Positions 1 through 11,063 of a stretch of DNA of 64,000 nt are shown here, piece after piece. Where the stretch lies: NCBI GenBank assembly GCA_034780895.1, contig JAUZTB010000087.1, forward strand, positions 48,662,741 to 48,726,740. Reading direction: 5' to 3'. Source of the DNA: Rhynchobatus australiae (taxonomy: Eukaryota). The position numbers and the translations under genes were made by a program. The notes beneath the pieces were generated by a model. The model searched no databases and was not told where the DNA came from. It was given only the letters and a program-made list of their open reading frames with translations. Position 1 is the stretch's first letter; the number at the start of each line of letters is the position of its first letter.

Positions 1-225
1 AGTTTAGCAACACTATAACTATTTGATCACTTTGCACTGAAATGGACTTTTTTTTTGTTCTATTTGTGTCCTTTCTTATAAAAATTGTGTATAATTTATG
101 TTTTTCTTATGAATGCAGCTTAAATGATGTTATGTGCCTGTGGTGCTGCTGCAAGTAAGTTTTTCATTGCACCTGTGCATACATGTACTTGTGAATATGA
201 TAATAAAATCGATTTTGAATTTGAA
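1..225 (+). mobile_element. Rex1/Babar-type LINE 3' UTR fragment
   Basis: 'tgtgcctgtggtgctgctgcaagtaagtttttcattgcacctgtgcatacatgtacttgtgaatatgataataaa' matches the tail attached to the Rex1 coding fragment at 8048-8612 (minus) and a copy at 37265-37445. Confidence 0.6.
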
Positions 226-234
226 CTAGTGGAC

Positions 235-1672
235 GAGGGACACTCCTGGAAAATCTCAAATTCCAATGATAGACCCTATGTGTGAGTGCCAAAGACTTAA
301 CTGAAGCATTTGAAACCATGTTCAATTGAAGTGCCAGTTGGACAGTATGTCTTTTCTTCTCCTTACAAGCCTCACTATCACAGAAGTCAGTTCCATTTTC
401 TTCACGTGTTAGCAGAAAGCAGCTGAGAGCCCGGATACAGCAAAGGCTGTGGGATTAGACAATGTCCTGGCTGTAGTACTGAAGACCTGCGCCCCAGAAC
501 TATTTGCACTTCTAGCCAAGCTTGTTCCAGTACATTTGCAACACTGGCATCTACCAAATCTCTGGAAAGTTTTCCAGGCATGTCCTGTTTGGAAAAAACA
601 GGACAATTGCAATCCAGTTAATTACCACCCAATCAACCTCTCTCTGTCATAGCAAAGTGATGGAAGATGCATTCAACAGTACTATTAAGTGGCACTTACT
701 CACTGATAACCTGCTTATAACTGCTCCACGCAGACTGCCAGATGATTTAGTTCTTGGCCTTATTTTGCCTTGATCCAAAGAATGGACAACAGCTGAATCC
801 TGCTGAGTTCCTCCAGCATTTCATGTGTGTTGTTCCAGAAGTGAGGTTACAGTGTCTGCCCCTGACATCAAGGCTGCATATAGCAGCAAGGAGGCCTAGT
901 AAAATTGGTTGGAGTTATCCCTTGCACAAGGGTTGTGGTTGTTGGAGGTCAATCATTCTAGCCCAAGGACATTGCTGTGGAATTTCCTCAGGGAAGTGTC
1001 CCAGGAGCTTCTTCACCAATGACCTTTCTTCCATCATAAGATCAGAGTGGAGCTCTTCAATATTGATGCACAATATTTAACCCCATTTGTAACTCCTCTG
1101 TAAATGAATCACTCCATGCCTGCATTCAGCAAAACCTAATTAACATGCAGGCAAGGGCTGATGAATGGCAAGTAAGAGTCCTGCTGCAGAAGTGCCAGGC
1201 AAAGATCATATCCAACAAGGGAGACTCTAACCAGCCTCAAATATTATTACTATTGCCAGGCTCCCTACTATCATCCTCTAGGGGTAAGTGGGATGCAAGT
1301 GCGGGAGGGGGAGCAGCTAACCCTGACCAGAATCTTAACTGGATCATCCACAAAAATACTGTGGCTACAACAGCAGGTCAGAGACTAGTATCCTGAAGCA
1401 AGTAACTTGCCCTTGAACTCCCTGAAGCCTTTCCAACATCTATTGGACATACGTCCAATAACCCCCTCCAGCATGAAAATGCACAGCTCCAACAAGACTC
1501 AACACCATTCAGGGTAAAACAGTTCACTGGATTGGCACCCATCCAACACCCTAACTCTTCCTCCCTCCAGCAACATTGCGCCATAGTTGTGATTTGCAGC
1601 ATCTACAAAATTCATAACAGCAACTTGCTTATTTGAGCACACCCTCAAACCTCCATTGTATACCATCTAGAA
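235..1672 (+). mobile_element. Degenerate CR1-group non-LTR retrotransposon (RT region to 3' end)
   Basis: Frameshifted peptides KAVGLDNVLAVVLKTCAPEL / FQYICNTGIY / WKVFQACPVWKKQDNCNPVNYHPI / SKVMEDAFNSTIK / QARADEWQV are typical LINE ORF2 pre-RT and RT motifs. Confidence 0.8.
792..839 (+). mobile_element. Short Penelope-like terminal fragment inserted in the LINE
   Basis: 'cctgctgagttcctccagcatttcatgtgtgttgttccaga' matches the other PLE-like copies (e.g. 28610-28660) and interrupts the LINE. Confidence 0.45.
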
Positions 1673-1675
1673 GGA

Positions 1676-1935
1676 TAGAACATAGAACATTACAGCACAA
1701 TACAGGCCCTTTGGCCCACCATGTTGTGGCGACCTTTAAACCTCGCCTAAGACTATCTAACCCCTTCCTCCCACCATATCCCCCTATTTTAAATTCCTCC
1801 ATATGCTTATCTAGCAACCTCTTGAATTTGACCGATGTACCTGCCTCCATCACCGCCCTAGGCAGCACATTCTATGCTACAACCATTCTCTGGGTAAAAA
1901 ACCTTCCTCTGATATCTCCCTTGAACTTCCTTGAA
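1676..1935 (-). mobile_element. CR1/HER1-type LINE 3' end
   Basis: Minus ORF 'VMEAGTSVKFKRLLDKHM' is the CR1 ORF2 C-terminus, followed by the 'gggccaaagggcctgtattgtgctgt' tail and short ctatgtt repeats. Confidence 0.8.
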
Positions 1936-2924
1936 TAATAGGACATGGGATCACCTCCAGTCTCTCCAAGGCAGTGATCCCAATAGATTGCTGTTTCTTT
2001 GTGTTTCTGTGTGAAAATTATAGAAGTTTCAATGGAACAGTGTCCCTTCACCAGCCAGAGTGTGGCAGTTCATCTTCACTTTCTCAAGGGCAATTGAGAA
2101 TGGGTAAGAAACAGTGCTCTGGCCCTCTCCACAGTTCCCCACTTCCTCATACCATACCTGTTCTAAATCTATTGTAGTATTCAAATCCATTTCAATGCTG
2201 TCACTTGTTCCATTAGGCTGGTATATTGACCTGCCGTGACTCCCATTTGCCTGTCCAGCAGCAATAGCAGGACATGAGAGGAGTAAATGAAAGACCACTT
2301 TGTCAATGGCAACTGCAATCCTTCCAGCTTTCCAAAGGCTGAGCAAGTTAACAGAAGGCCAGGAGTCATGTGGTGAGGTTGATTAACTGCTTTATGGTAA
2401 ATAAAAACCTGCTCATTACAGAGGTGAATTAAGTTTTTCTTTGTGTACAGTATGACATGCTCTTACTATCAAAGGAAAAGGAACATTTGGAGGAAGGGAG
2501 AATATTGAAAGGTCAGGTGAAATTTTAACACTTAGTTGGTCAGCCTGCTGATCACTGGATCAGGCCATTGTCTTCGTGTAGTAAGAGGACTGGTGTATTT
2601 TAATAGGTGGGTCTCAGGTAAATGGAGGCTGATTTAAGTGGCCCACTACCGAGTGACAGGGAAGCTATTCGGCTACCACTGAAGTAAGTTGATGGGTCAG
2701 ATGGGTGGTGGGGGAGGGGGTGCAGTGGGATGCAGAAGAGCTCAGGACCTCTGGGTGGAAGAAACCAAACCTGTTTGTAATTTATTGTTTTTGTGACAAG
2801 CTTGACGAGGATTCCCTGCTCTTTTTTTCTCCGCAAGTAGCAGGATCTTTCTTTTTCCCCATTTTAACATCCAATCCCTCAGGCCTTCAATGGAATGCTA
2901 GTCTAGATGGCTTTGAGGGGTCTA

Positions 2925-3255
2925 GATAGGGGAGACAGTGAGCCACTCTTCCCCAAAAAAGAAGTGTCTAGTCTAGAGGGCATAGATTTCAAGAAAGGAG
3001 TAAAAGGTTTAGGGGAGATCTACGGAAGATTTTTTTCAGCCTGAGGACAGTTAGACTCTGGAGCACATTGCCTGAAGGGATGNNNNNNNNNNNNNNNNNN
3101 NNNNNNNNNNNNNNNNNNNNNNNNNNNNNNNNNNNNNNNNNNNNNNNNNNNNNNNNNNNNNNNNNNNNNNNNNNNNNNNNNNNNNNNNNNNNNNNNNNGG
3201 CATAGACTTGGTGGGCCGAAGGGCCTGTTCCTTTGTTGTTTTGACTCGATGATTC
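2925..3255 (+). mobile_element. CR1 3' end (gap inside)
   Basis: 'tctagagggcatagatttcaag...aggtttaggggagat' and terminal 'ggcatagacttggtgggccgaagggcctgtt'. Confidence 0.7.
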
Positions 3256-3621
3256 TCTGGTGTGCTGAAGTCAGAGCCACCTGAGTCAGAGGCAAGAGCG
3301 TTACTGCTGACCCATGACTGACACCAGCGGAGAAGATGTGATAAGAATACTATAAAAGGATGAACAATTTTTAAATGTGTAAAATACAGCAGGCTGCTCT
3401 CCTCATTCTATTCCCCATTACGCTGATTTCTGATTGACTCTGGTTCCGTGCTTCAACACCATATGGAATCTTTCTTTTCTAAGCGGCTTGGTAAGGATTT
3501 CCAACAGTGATAAGCTTAGCTAACCCTTCTGACCCTGTAACAGTGGCAGCCTCTGTGTCTTTCAAGGACTGAAGTTCAAATGGTAAGGCAAGAGTTGCAT
3601 GGGGTAATATTATATTTTTAT

Positions 3622-3955
3622 TGGTGGCACTGTGGTGCAGCTGGTAGAGCTATTGCCTCGCAGATCAAGCGAGCCAGGTTTAGTGCTGACTGTGTGGAGT
3701 TTGCCCCTTCTTTCTTTGGCTGCCTGAATTTTCTCCAAGCATTCAAGTTTCCTTCCACATCCCAAAGACTTGTGAGTTGGTAGGTTAATTTGCCAATATA
3801 AATTGCGCCACTGTCTGAGTGAGTGGTAGAAACTGGGGGGATATGATGGAAATGTGGAGTGAATAAAAATGAGGGATTAGTGTAAATGGGTGCTTGATGG
3901 TCAGCATGGACTCAGTGGGCTGAATGGCCTGCTTCATTGCTATATGACTCAATGA
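3622..3955 (+). mobile_element. tRNA-derived V-SINE/HE1-like SINE
   Basis: Head 'ggtggcactgtggtgcagctggtagagc', core 'tgtgtggagtttgc...ccacatcccaaagac', CR1-like tail 'gtgggctgaatggcctg'. Confidence 0.75.
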
Positions 3956-4649
3956 CACTAATATAAGTAAAGAAGGCACTGTTTTCCTTCAAAAAACAAA
4001 ATTCTATCAGGATCTCCATCTGCATAAGTGTTACAAATTGAAAGTATTTCCACTTTTTGTGAGAGCTTCCTTTTGAAGGGAACAATGCAATGGTCAATTA
4101 TGACACGCTTCCATCTCATTTATTAATCTGTCAGGCATTAAATTGACTGTCAAAGGGGAGGTAAAGGAAAGGACCATTTTGAAATCAAGTGAAGGCTTTT
4201 TAAGGATTGTTCATTCCATGCTGTCACTGGATTTATAGTGCGTAATGAATGACATGTCAGCATTAATGGACAAGAATAAATGACTATGCTAATTCTGAAA
4301 TTTGCTTTAGTTTAACCCTGTGTTTACCATAGTCAGTGAGATGAAATGGAAAAAAGTCATTAGTCCTATCAAAAGCTCCATTAAGTTACATACTCATTCC
4401 AAATCCTTCATAGTTTTGATGGGACTAAAAGCCAATAAAAGTAATTTCTTTGGGGTGAAATATTCCATTGCCCTCTGTCAATGTTATTCAGGCTTGCGCT
4501 CTGCAAGAATTGGGCTTTGTCTCTTTGAGCCCTCCTTCTCAGGGTATGCATGCATATATACATGCATCTGAGGAAAGAATTTCAAGTTATACAGCACCTT
4601 TAATGACCTCAGTATGTCTCAAAGCGCTTTGTAGCCAATGAGAAATAAT

Positions 4650-4935
4650 GTGAGTCACGTTACAGGCTGGAGTCCAATCGAGGGATTCAGATGATTTTTA
4701 TATGCAAAGATGAATGCATGGGAGTTTGTATTCAGCTGTAGTATAATTGAGAGGTTNNNNNNNNNNNNNNNNNNNNNNNNNNNNNNNNNNNNNNNNNNNN
4801 NNNNNNNNNNNNNNNNNNNNNNNNNNNNNNNNNNNNNNNNNNNNNNNNNNNNNNNNTAATTGAGAGGTTGAAATATTGATAAAAAGAAATCTGGGAGTGA
4901 GTTACAGACTGGAATTTAAGTGATTTACATCACAG
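4650..4935 (+). repeat. Two degenerate copies of a satellite-like motif
   Basis: 'gttacaggctggagtccaatcgaggg' (~4659) and 'gagtgagttacagactggaattt' (~4895) flank a 100-N gap. Confidence 0.35.
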
Positions 4936-5514
4936 GTGTGAAGTTTGAGTGGTTTATAACTATCAGAGAGAGAAACAAAGCCATGCTTACATGAATGCTG
5001 TTCTGTATGGATTCTTTTTTATCAGATTGGGATTTGGATATTGAGTGGAAACTGTTTTCTCGCCATCTACATTTTCCTTGCATTCTGCTAATGCCATTTC
5101 AAAGAAATTGCTACCATCATTAGACCTTGCACTTGTAATCCTCATGTGTCTGGGGAGAATTGATGGGAATGTGGTGAGAATATATTGTGTTATTTTAGGA
5201 TTAATGTGACAGTTGGCACAGACTTGAGGGGCTGAAGGGCCTCTTTCCATGCAGTATGACTCCATGACTCATATCTGAGTGGGTTTTCTCAGTGAATAAT
5301 CACTACAGCTATTTTTTGCACTGGATTGAGATAATTTAGCCGTCAGCCTTTCACTGGATTTACCTGTGATATATTTAAAGCTGACAATACAGAACTATAT
5401 AATAGGCTACACGTTGCCTGGTTGGAGTTTATTTATGCTGTTTCTTTTCTAACATCCTGCAGGTTTGGACTTAAGATCATGGGCTACTCAACCTATCAAG
5501 TGCTTGTCTGACTG

Positions 5515-5812
5515 CAGAGAGAATGCTTCCCCTGGCTGAAAAGCCGAGGACCAGGGAGCACAGTTATTTTGCAGGCCGTTTAGGACTGAGTTGAGTATGA
5601 ATTTCTTCACTCAGAGAGTGATGGCAAACATTTGAATTTTTCCACTCTGGAGTGCTGTGGAAGCTCAGTCAAGTGATCATTCAAAATTGAGATTGATAGA
5701 TTTCTGGAAATCGAGGATTACAAAGATCTTGCTAGAAAATGGTGCTGATTTTAATGAGCAAGCACAAAGAGGTAGATTGCCTATTCATGCTCCTATTTCC
5801 TATGTTCTTAAG
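5515..5812 (+). mobile_element. CR1 3' end
   Basis: 'tttaggactgagttgagtatgaatttcttcactcagagagtg', 'gagattgatagattt' and terminal 'gctcctatttcctatgttct'. Confidence 0.65.
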
Positions 5813-5819
5813 ATTATGT

Positions 5820-6110
5820 TTAGCTGGGACACCAGAGACCTGGATCTGGATTCGATCCTGACATCAGGTGCAGTCTGTATGGAATTTGCACAGTCTCCCT
5901 TTGACCACATGGGTTTCCTCCCACATCCCAAAAATATGCCAGTAGATAGGTCAGTATGTCGGTGAGTGGTAAGATCTGAGGGAAATTGGTGAGTATGTGG
6001 AAAGAATAAAGAATAGGCAGTGTCGGATTTGTGTAAATGGATGAATTATGACTAGCATAGACTTGGTGGGCTGAGGGGCCTTCTGTGCTATATCTCTTTA
6101 TGGCTCTATG
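5820..6110 (+). mobile_element. V-SINE/HE1-like SINE
   Basis: B-box-like 'gattcgatcc', core 'gtctgtatggaatttgcac...gggtttcctcccacatccc', tail 'ggtgggctgaggggcc'. Confidence 0.65.
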
Positions 6111-6319
6111 AGACTCTGTTAATTAAAATGAATAGGTACAAATATGCAACTGTTGGGAATGCCAAAGCAGATATTGTCCTCTATTACTTTTTCAGTGTCA
6201 AATACTTGCTCGTCAGGTTTCAATTACTATTCACCTTGCTCATTTAATGCTGTATCTATTACTAGCAATTTGCCTGTTGTTTCAGATGGCTTGAGCAGTA
6301 CTCCAAAGCTCTCACACAA

Positions 6320-6590
6320 TCTGGGGCAACTCTCCAGCATAGAACCGAGAGTGTTTCCCATCGTATCAAATATTTAGCCATGGCCTATCTAGGAGGGTAT
6401 AAAAGATTCCATGAAACTCTTTGTAGAATGCTTTCCCAAGTCCTTGCCTGTGTTGCCACAAACAGCAAGACTACAAACTCATGAACTAATGTTTCTACTA
6501 AATTACTATTTGCTGTGTGCAAATGGGTGCACCTTTGCTGAAATTAGAATGGTATTTTGACTTTGACAATGTGCTTTATAAAATAAGCCA
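6320..6590 (+). mobile_element. Degenerate DeuSINE-like fragment
   Basis: 'taaaagattccatg', 'tttgctgtgtgcaaatgg' and 'gctttataaa' are colinear with the copy at 37565-37985. Confidence 0.4.
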
Positions 6591-7759
6591 GTGTAATGTG
6601 CAACACTTTCACCTGAAGACCATTTCCCAGATTTGCTTTCAGCTTAGTTTGAGTTTCAGAATTCATTTAAAATTATGATGAGAGTGAAAATGAACATCAC
6701 AGGAAAGAAAACCATGTTTTTCAGTCTACTTATTAACATCTGAACAGCATACTCAGTCTCTTAGTTTACAAGGCCCTCATGACAGAAACTAAAACAAATG
6801 AGACATATGAGTGGTATTAATAAATGATTCCAGCAGATACATAACTCCACACCTAGCAGTGACTCTAACAAATGTCTCACATTCTCCCTTTTGAGCTGCT
6901 GGTAGCAATTTTGATGTTTTCAAACAGATAAGGTGGGGCCTTCACATCTGCTATTTTGGTTTCTGTATTTTGGTTCCCCCTTTTGATAGAAACTAATAAT
7001 AGCCAATGGTAATCTAATCTGATCATCTGGAGCAGAAGCAGAATTTCTGGCTGTTTTTTATTTCTAAAAGCGCGCGTTGTGCATCTTCTGAGAAAGTTTA
7101 GTTTGTTGTCCTTTCCTCTTCCCTCCTCCCTTTTAACTGGATGTGTAACCCTATAATCAGGCATCGACTAGATCCAGCTTTTGAATTTGACCATGTGTTG
7201 GCGAGATGTACAAGGTAGTAGCTTGTTGCATCAGACGCCAAAAGGAAGGTTAGAAAGGGCAGTGTCAGCATTGCACTCAGAACGTCAAATGATTTGAACA
7301 ACTTAAGGGTTTTAATGGCAAAGATAGAAATGGTCTGCAACAGATATACTTACTGCCAAAGTGTGACCACATTTCTGTGGGTAACCTTGTGACATTGCAA
7401 TGGGACTATGCTGAATAGGCAGTTTCTGATAGAGCTAGCTGAAGATGATAGTACTGGCACTTTAGGATATTGTTAGTGTCTGGAATTAATCATAGAAGAT
7501 GTTACTCTATGGAGAATTCTTTTGGGGGGGGGGAAGAAAAGCTTATTTTTTGATGAGGAACAAAATTGTTATTTGTTTCCGAGAGGCATTCATCAAATTC
7601 TGCAAGTAATTTTCTAGGGCTCTTGTTGGGCTGGATTTAAATTAACCCTGTGAACCTTTGTAAACTGCTCTATTTGTACTGCTCAACACTTCCTCCTGTA
7701 AATAACTCTAATCATGAATAAAGCTTTTAATAGTTTCAAGAACCCTGCAGCCCCTCCAG

Positions 7760-7930
7760 CTTTCACTAACTTCGGTCCACTGGTGGCTGTGTCTTCAGAC
7801 GTCAAAGCATTGAGCTATGAAACTTGTTTCTTGAACCTTACTGCCTTTCTCCCTCTCTCTTTCTCTTCTTTGAAGACTCTCCTTAAAATTTATCCCTCTG
7901 AGGGAGCTTTTGGTCACTTGATCTAACATT
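7760..7930 (+). mobile_element. L2-type LINE 3' end
   Basis: 'ggtggctgtgtcttcag...tttgaagactctccttaaaa...gcttttggtcac' is typical of L2 3' ends. Confidence 0.5.
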
Positions 7931-8047
7931 TCATGTTCTGTGTCGCTGTCTTCACTAATTTTTTGAGCCAAGGCCACTTTGGCAAAATACATTGAACATG
8001 AGAGTTACGTTAAACTACAAAATTAACACTTCGCTTACTACTTGTCA

Positions 8048-8612
8048 GGTTAAGTTTATTGTCATATGCACAAGTATGGTGAGGTACAGGTACAATTAAA
8101 AACCTGTTTGCAGCAGCATTGGAACACAGAGAACATAAATTTTACATAAATTATACAAGACAGCGAAGAAAAAACTGTGCAAAACAAGATATTAGTGCAA
8201 AAACACAATTATAAACAAGTCCATGGTAGTGCAGGAAGTGGTCCACAGTGTTCCATTGCTGAGGTAGGATTAGGGTTGTGCAGGTCAGTTCAAAAACCTG
8301 ATGATTGTAGGAAAATAGCTGTTCCTGATCCCTGGTGTTGTGGGACTTTAGGCTTCTGTACTACATGCCCGGCAGTAGCAGTGAGAAGAGGGCATGGCCT
8401 GGATAGTGGGGATCCTAGATGATAGATGCCACCTTCTTGAGGCAGTTCTTCCTGTATATGCTTTTGATGGTGAGGAGGGCTATCCCTGTGCTCGACTGGG
8501 CTGTGTCCACTACGCTCTGCAGCCTCTTGCATTCCTGTGCATTGGAATTACCATACCAGCCCATGATGCAACCAGTCAGGATACTTTCCACAGTGTATCT
8601 GTAAAAATTTGT
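8048..8612 (-). mobile_element. Rex1/Babar LINE, C-terminal coding region plus 3' UTR
   Basis: Minus ORF 'LTNFYRYTVESILTGCIMGWYGNSNAQECKRLQSVVDTAQ' is the characteristic Rex1 C-terminal region; the tail ends in 'gacaataaac'. Confidence 0.85.
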
Positions 8613-8619
8613 TAGTGGC

Positions 8620-9094
8620 GTGCTCTCTCTCTTCCTGTTGTACTTCCTCATTCTACTTCTCATTCTATCTCACTTTCCCTACCCCTCTCTTAATATATTC
8701 CTCTCTCCCCCTCCCTTTCAACCATCTCATTCTCTCCATCCACTCAATTTATTTTCTTCTCTTATTTCCTCCCTCATTTCTTGTCATCTTTCCTTCTGTG
8801 CTCCTGTTATTTTTCACTCTTGCTCACTCCCCTCTGCTTTGCTCCTTGCCCAGTTACACTGAGCTTATCTGAAATCTCTCTCCTGCAGTTAATTCTTCGT
8901 CTCAGTTTATCTGTTTTTCTGTCACTCTGTCCCTCTGTGTCTATTGATTTCAATGTCCTGTTTAGCTGTCTCTCTTACTCCACCACTCCCTAATATTGCT
9001 CTGATCCAATCTCATCCAATATCTCCCTATCCCTTTCTCAATATCTTTCTTCTTGTGCCTTTCTTCTGTATTTGTGTACTGCTTTCTGTTGCTC
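8620..9094. repeat. Pyrimidine-rich (CT) low-complexity tract running into a ~1 kb gap
   Basis: Strong C/T bias on the plus strand; overlapping ORFs are only L/S/F/P-rich. Confidence 0.7.
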
Positions 9095-10089
9095 ANNNNN
9101 NNNNNNNNNNNNNNNNNNNNNNNNNNNNNNNNNNNNNNNNNNNNNNNNNNNNNNNNNNNNNNNNNNNNNNNNNNNNNNNNNNNNNNNNNNNNNNNNNNNN
9201 NNNNNNNNNNNNNNNNNNNNNNNNNNNNNNNNNNNNNNNNNNNNNNNNNNNNNNNNNNNNNNNNNNNNNNNNNNNNNNNNNNNNNNNNNNNNNNNNNNNN
9301 NNNNNNNNNNNNNNNNNNNNNNNNNNNNNNNNNNNNNNNNNNNNNNNNNNNNNNNNNNNNNNNNNNNNNNNNNNNNNNNNNNNNNNNNNNNNNNNNNNNN
9401 NNNNNNNNNNNNNNNNNNNNNNNNNNNNNNNNNNNNNNNNNNNNNNNNNNNNNNNNNNNNNNNNNNNNNNNNNNNNNNNNNNNNNNNNNNNNNNNNNNNN
9501 NNNNNNNNNNNNNNNNNNNNNNNNNNNNNNNNNNNNNNNNNNNNNNNNNNNNNNNNNNNNNNNNNNNNNNNNNNNNNNNNNNNNNNNNNNNNNNNNNNNN
9601 NNNNNNNNNNNNNNNNNNNNNNNNNNNNNNNNNNNNNNNNNNNNNNNNNNNNNNNNNNNNNNNNNNNNNNNNNNNNNNNNNNNNNNNNNNNNNNNNNNNN
9701 NNNNNNNNNNNNNNNNNNNNNNNNNNNNNNNNNNNNNNNNNNNNNNNNNNNNNNNNNNNNNNNNNNNNNNNNNNNNNNNNNNNNNNNNNNNNNNNNNNNN
9801 NNNNNNNNNNNNNNNNNNNNNNNNNNNNNNNNNNNNNNNNNNNNNNNNNNNNNNNNNNNNNNNNNNNNNNNNNNNNNNNNNNNNNNNNNNNNNNNNNNNN
9901 NNNNNNNNNNNNNNNNNNNNNNNNNNNNNNNNNNNNNNNNNNNNNNNNNNNNNNNNNNNNNNNNNNNNNNNNNNNNNNNNNNNNNNNNNNNNNNNNNNNN
10001 NNNNNNNNNNNNNNNNNNNNNNNNNNNNNNNNNNNNNNNNNNNNNNNNNNNNNNNNNNNNNNNNNNNNNNNNNNNNNNNNNNNNNNNNN

Positions 10090-10910
10090 CACCCTTTCCA
10101 TTGCTGACCCCTCAATGATGACTGGTGTGTGTTCTTCCAACTTCCCCTTCCTGAAGTCCACAATCAATTCCTCGGCCTTGCTGATGTTGAGTGTGAAGTT
10201 GTTTTTGCAACACCACTCAATAGCCAATTGCTCTCACTCCTGTACACCTCCTCATTGCCATCGGAGATTTTACCAACAACAGTGGTGTCATCTGCAAATT
10301 TATAGATTGTGTTTGAGCTGTGCCTAGCACGGTCATAAGAGTAGAGTAGTGGGCAAAGCACGCACCCTGGAGGTGCACCTGTGTTGATTGACAGCAAGGA
10401 GGAGATGTTATTATTGATCCATGCTGACTGTGGCCTCCTGATAAGGAAGTCAAGGATCCAGTTGCAGAGGGAGGTGCAGAGGCCTAGATTTTGAAGCTTG
10501 TTGATTAATACTGAGGGGATGATGGTGTTGAACAGTGAGCTTAAATCAATAAACTACAGCCTGACGTATGTTTTGCTGTTGTCTAGGTGCTCCAAATCAG
10601 AACAGAGAGTCAGTGAGATTGTGTCCACTGTAGACCTGTTGTGGTGCAAAGCAAATTGCAGTGGGTCCAAGTCTTTGTTCAGGCAGGAGTTAATCCTAGC
10701 CAGAGCCAGCCTCTTAAAGCACCTCATCATGGTAGATGTGAGTGCTACCGGGTGATAGTCCTTGAGGTAGCTCACTCTGCTCTTCTTGGGCACTGGTATG
10801 ATTGCTGCTCTTTTGAAGCAGGCAAGAACCTCAGACTGCAGCAGTGAAAGGTTGAAGATGTCTTTGAACATTCCAGCCAGTTGGTCGACACAGGTTTTCA
10901 GTACCCGGCC
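10090..10910 (-). mobile_element. Rex1/Babar LINE reverse transcriptase region
   Basis: GRVLKTCVDQLAGMFKDIFNLSL...IIPVPKK...YHPVALTS...LDPLQFA; [15 protein letters not shown]; catalytic '[10 protein letters not shown]'. Confidence 0.9.
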
Positions 10911-11063
10911 TTTTATGAACGCTTTGAAAGGGACAATAACACTACACCTGTTTGCGTCCCCACAACATCTGGCGTCCCTGTGATCTCTGTCTCGGAAGCT
11001 GATGTCAGAACATCGTTCAGGAGGGTGAACCCTTACAAGGTGTCAGGCCTCGACGGTGTACCT
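10908..11063 (+). mobile_element. Inverted 5' segment of the same Rex1 element
   Basis: Plus-strand 'AFYERFE...VSEADVRTSFRRVNPYKVSGLDGVP' is the sequence that directly precedes 'GRVLK' in Rex1 proteins. Confidence 0.85.

Noticed and set aside
7211-7232. let-7 look-alike 'aggtagtagcttgttgca'
   Set aside because: The seed is AAGGTAG rather than GAGGTAG, and the motif spans the loop of a short hairpin rather than an arm of a ~70-nt precursor.
8944-10327. Long ORFs of 150-420 aa here and at 16476-17028, 52399-53370, 54516-55102 and 59309-60367
   Set aside because: They are open only because N runs translate as X; these are assembly gaps.
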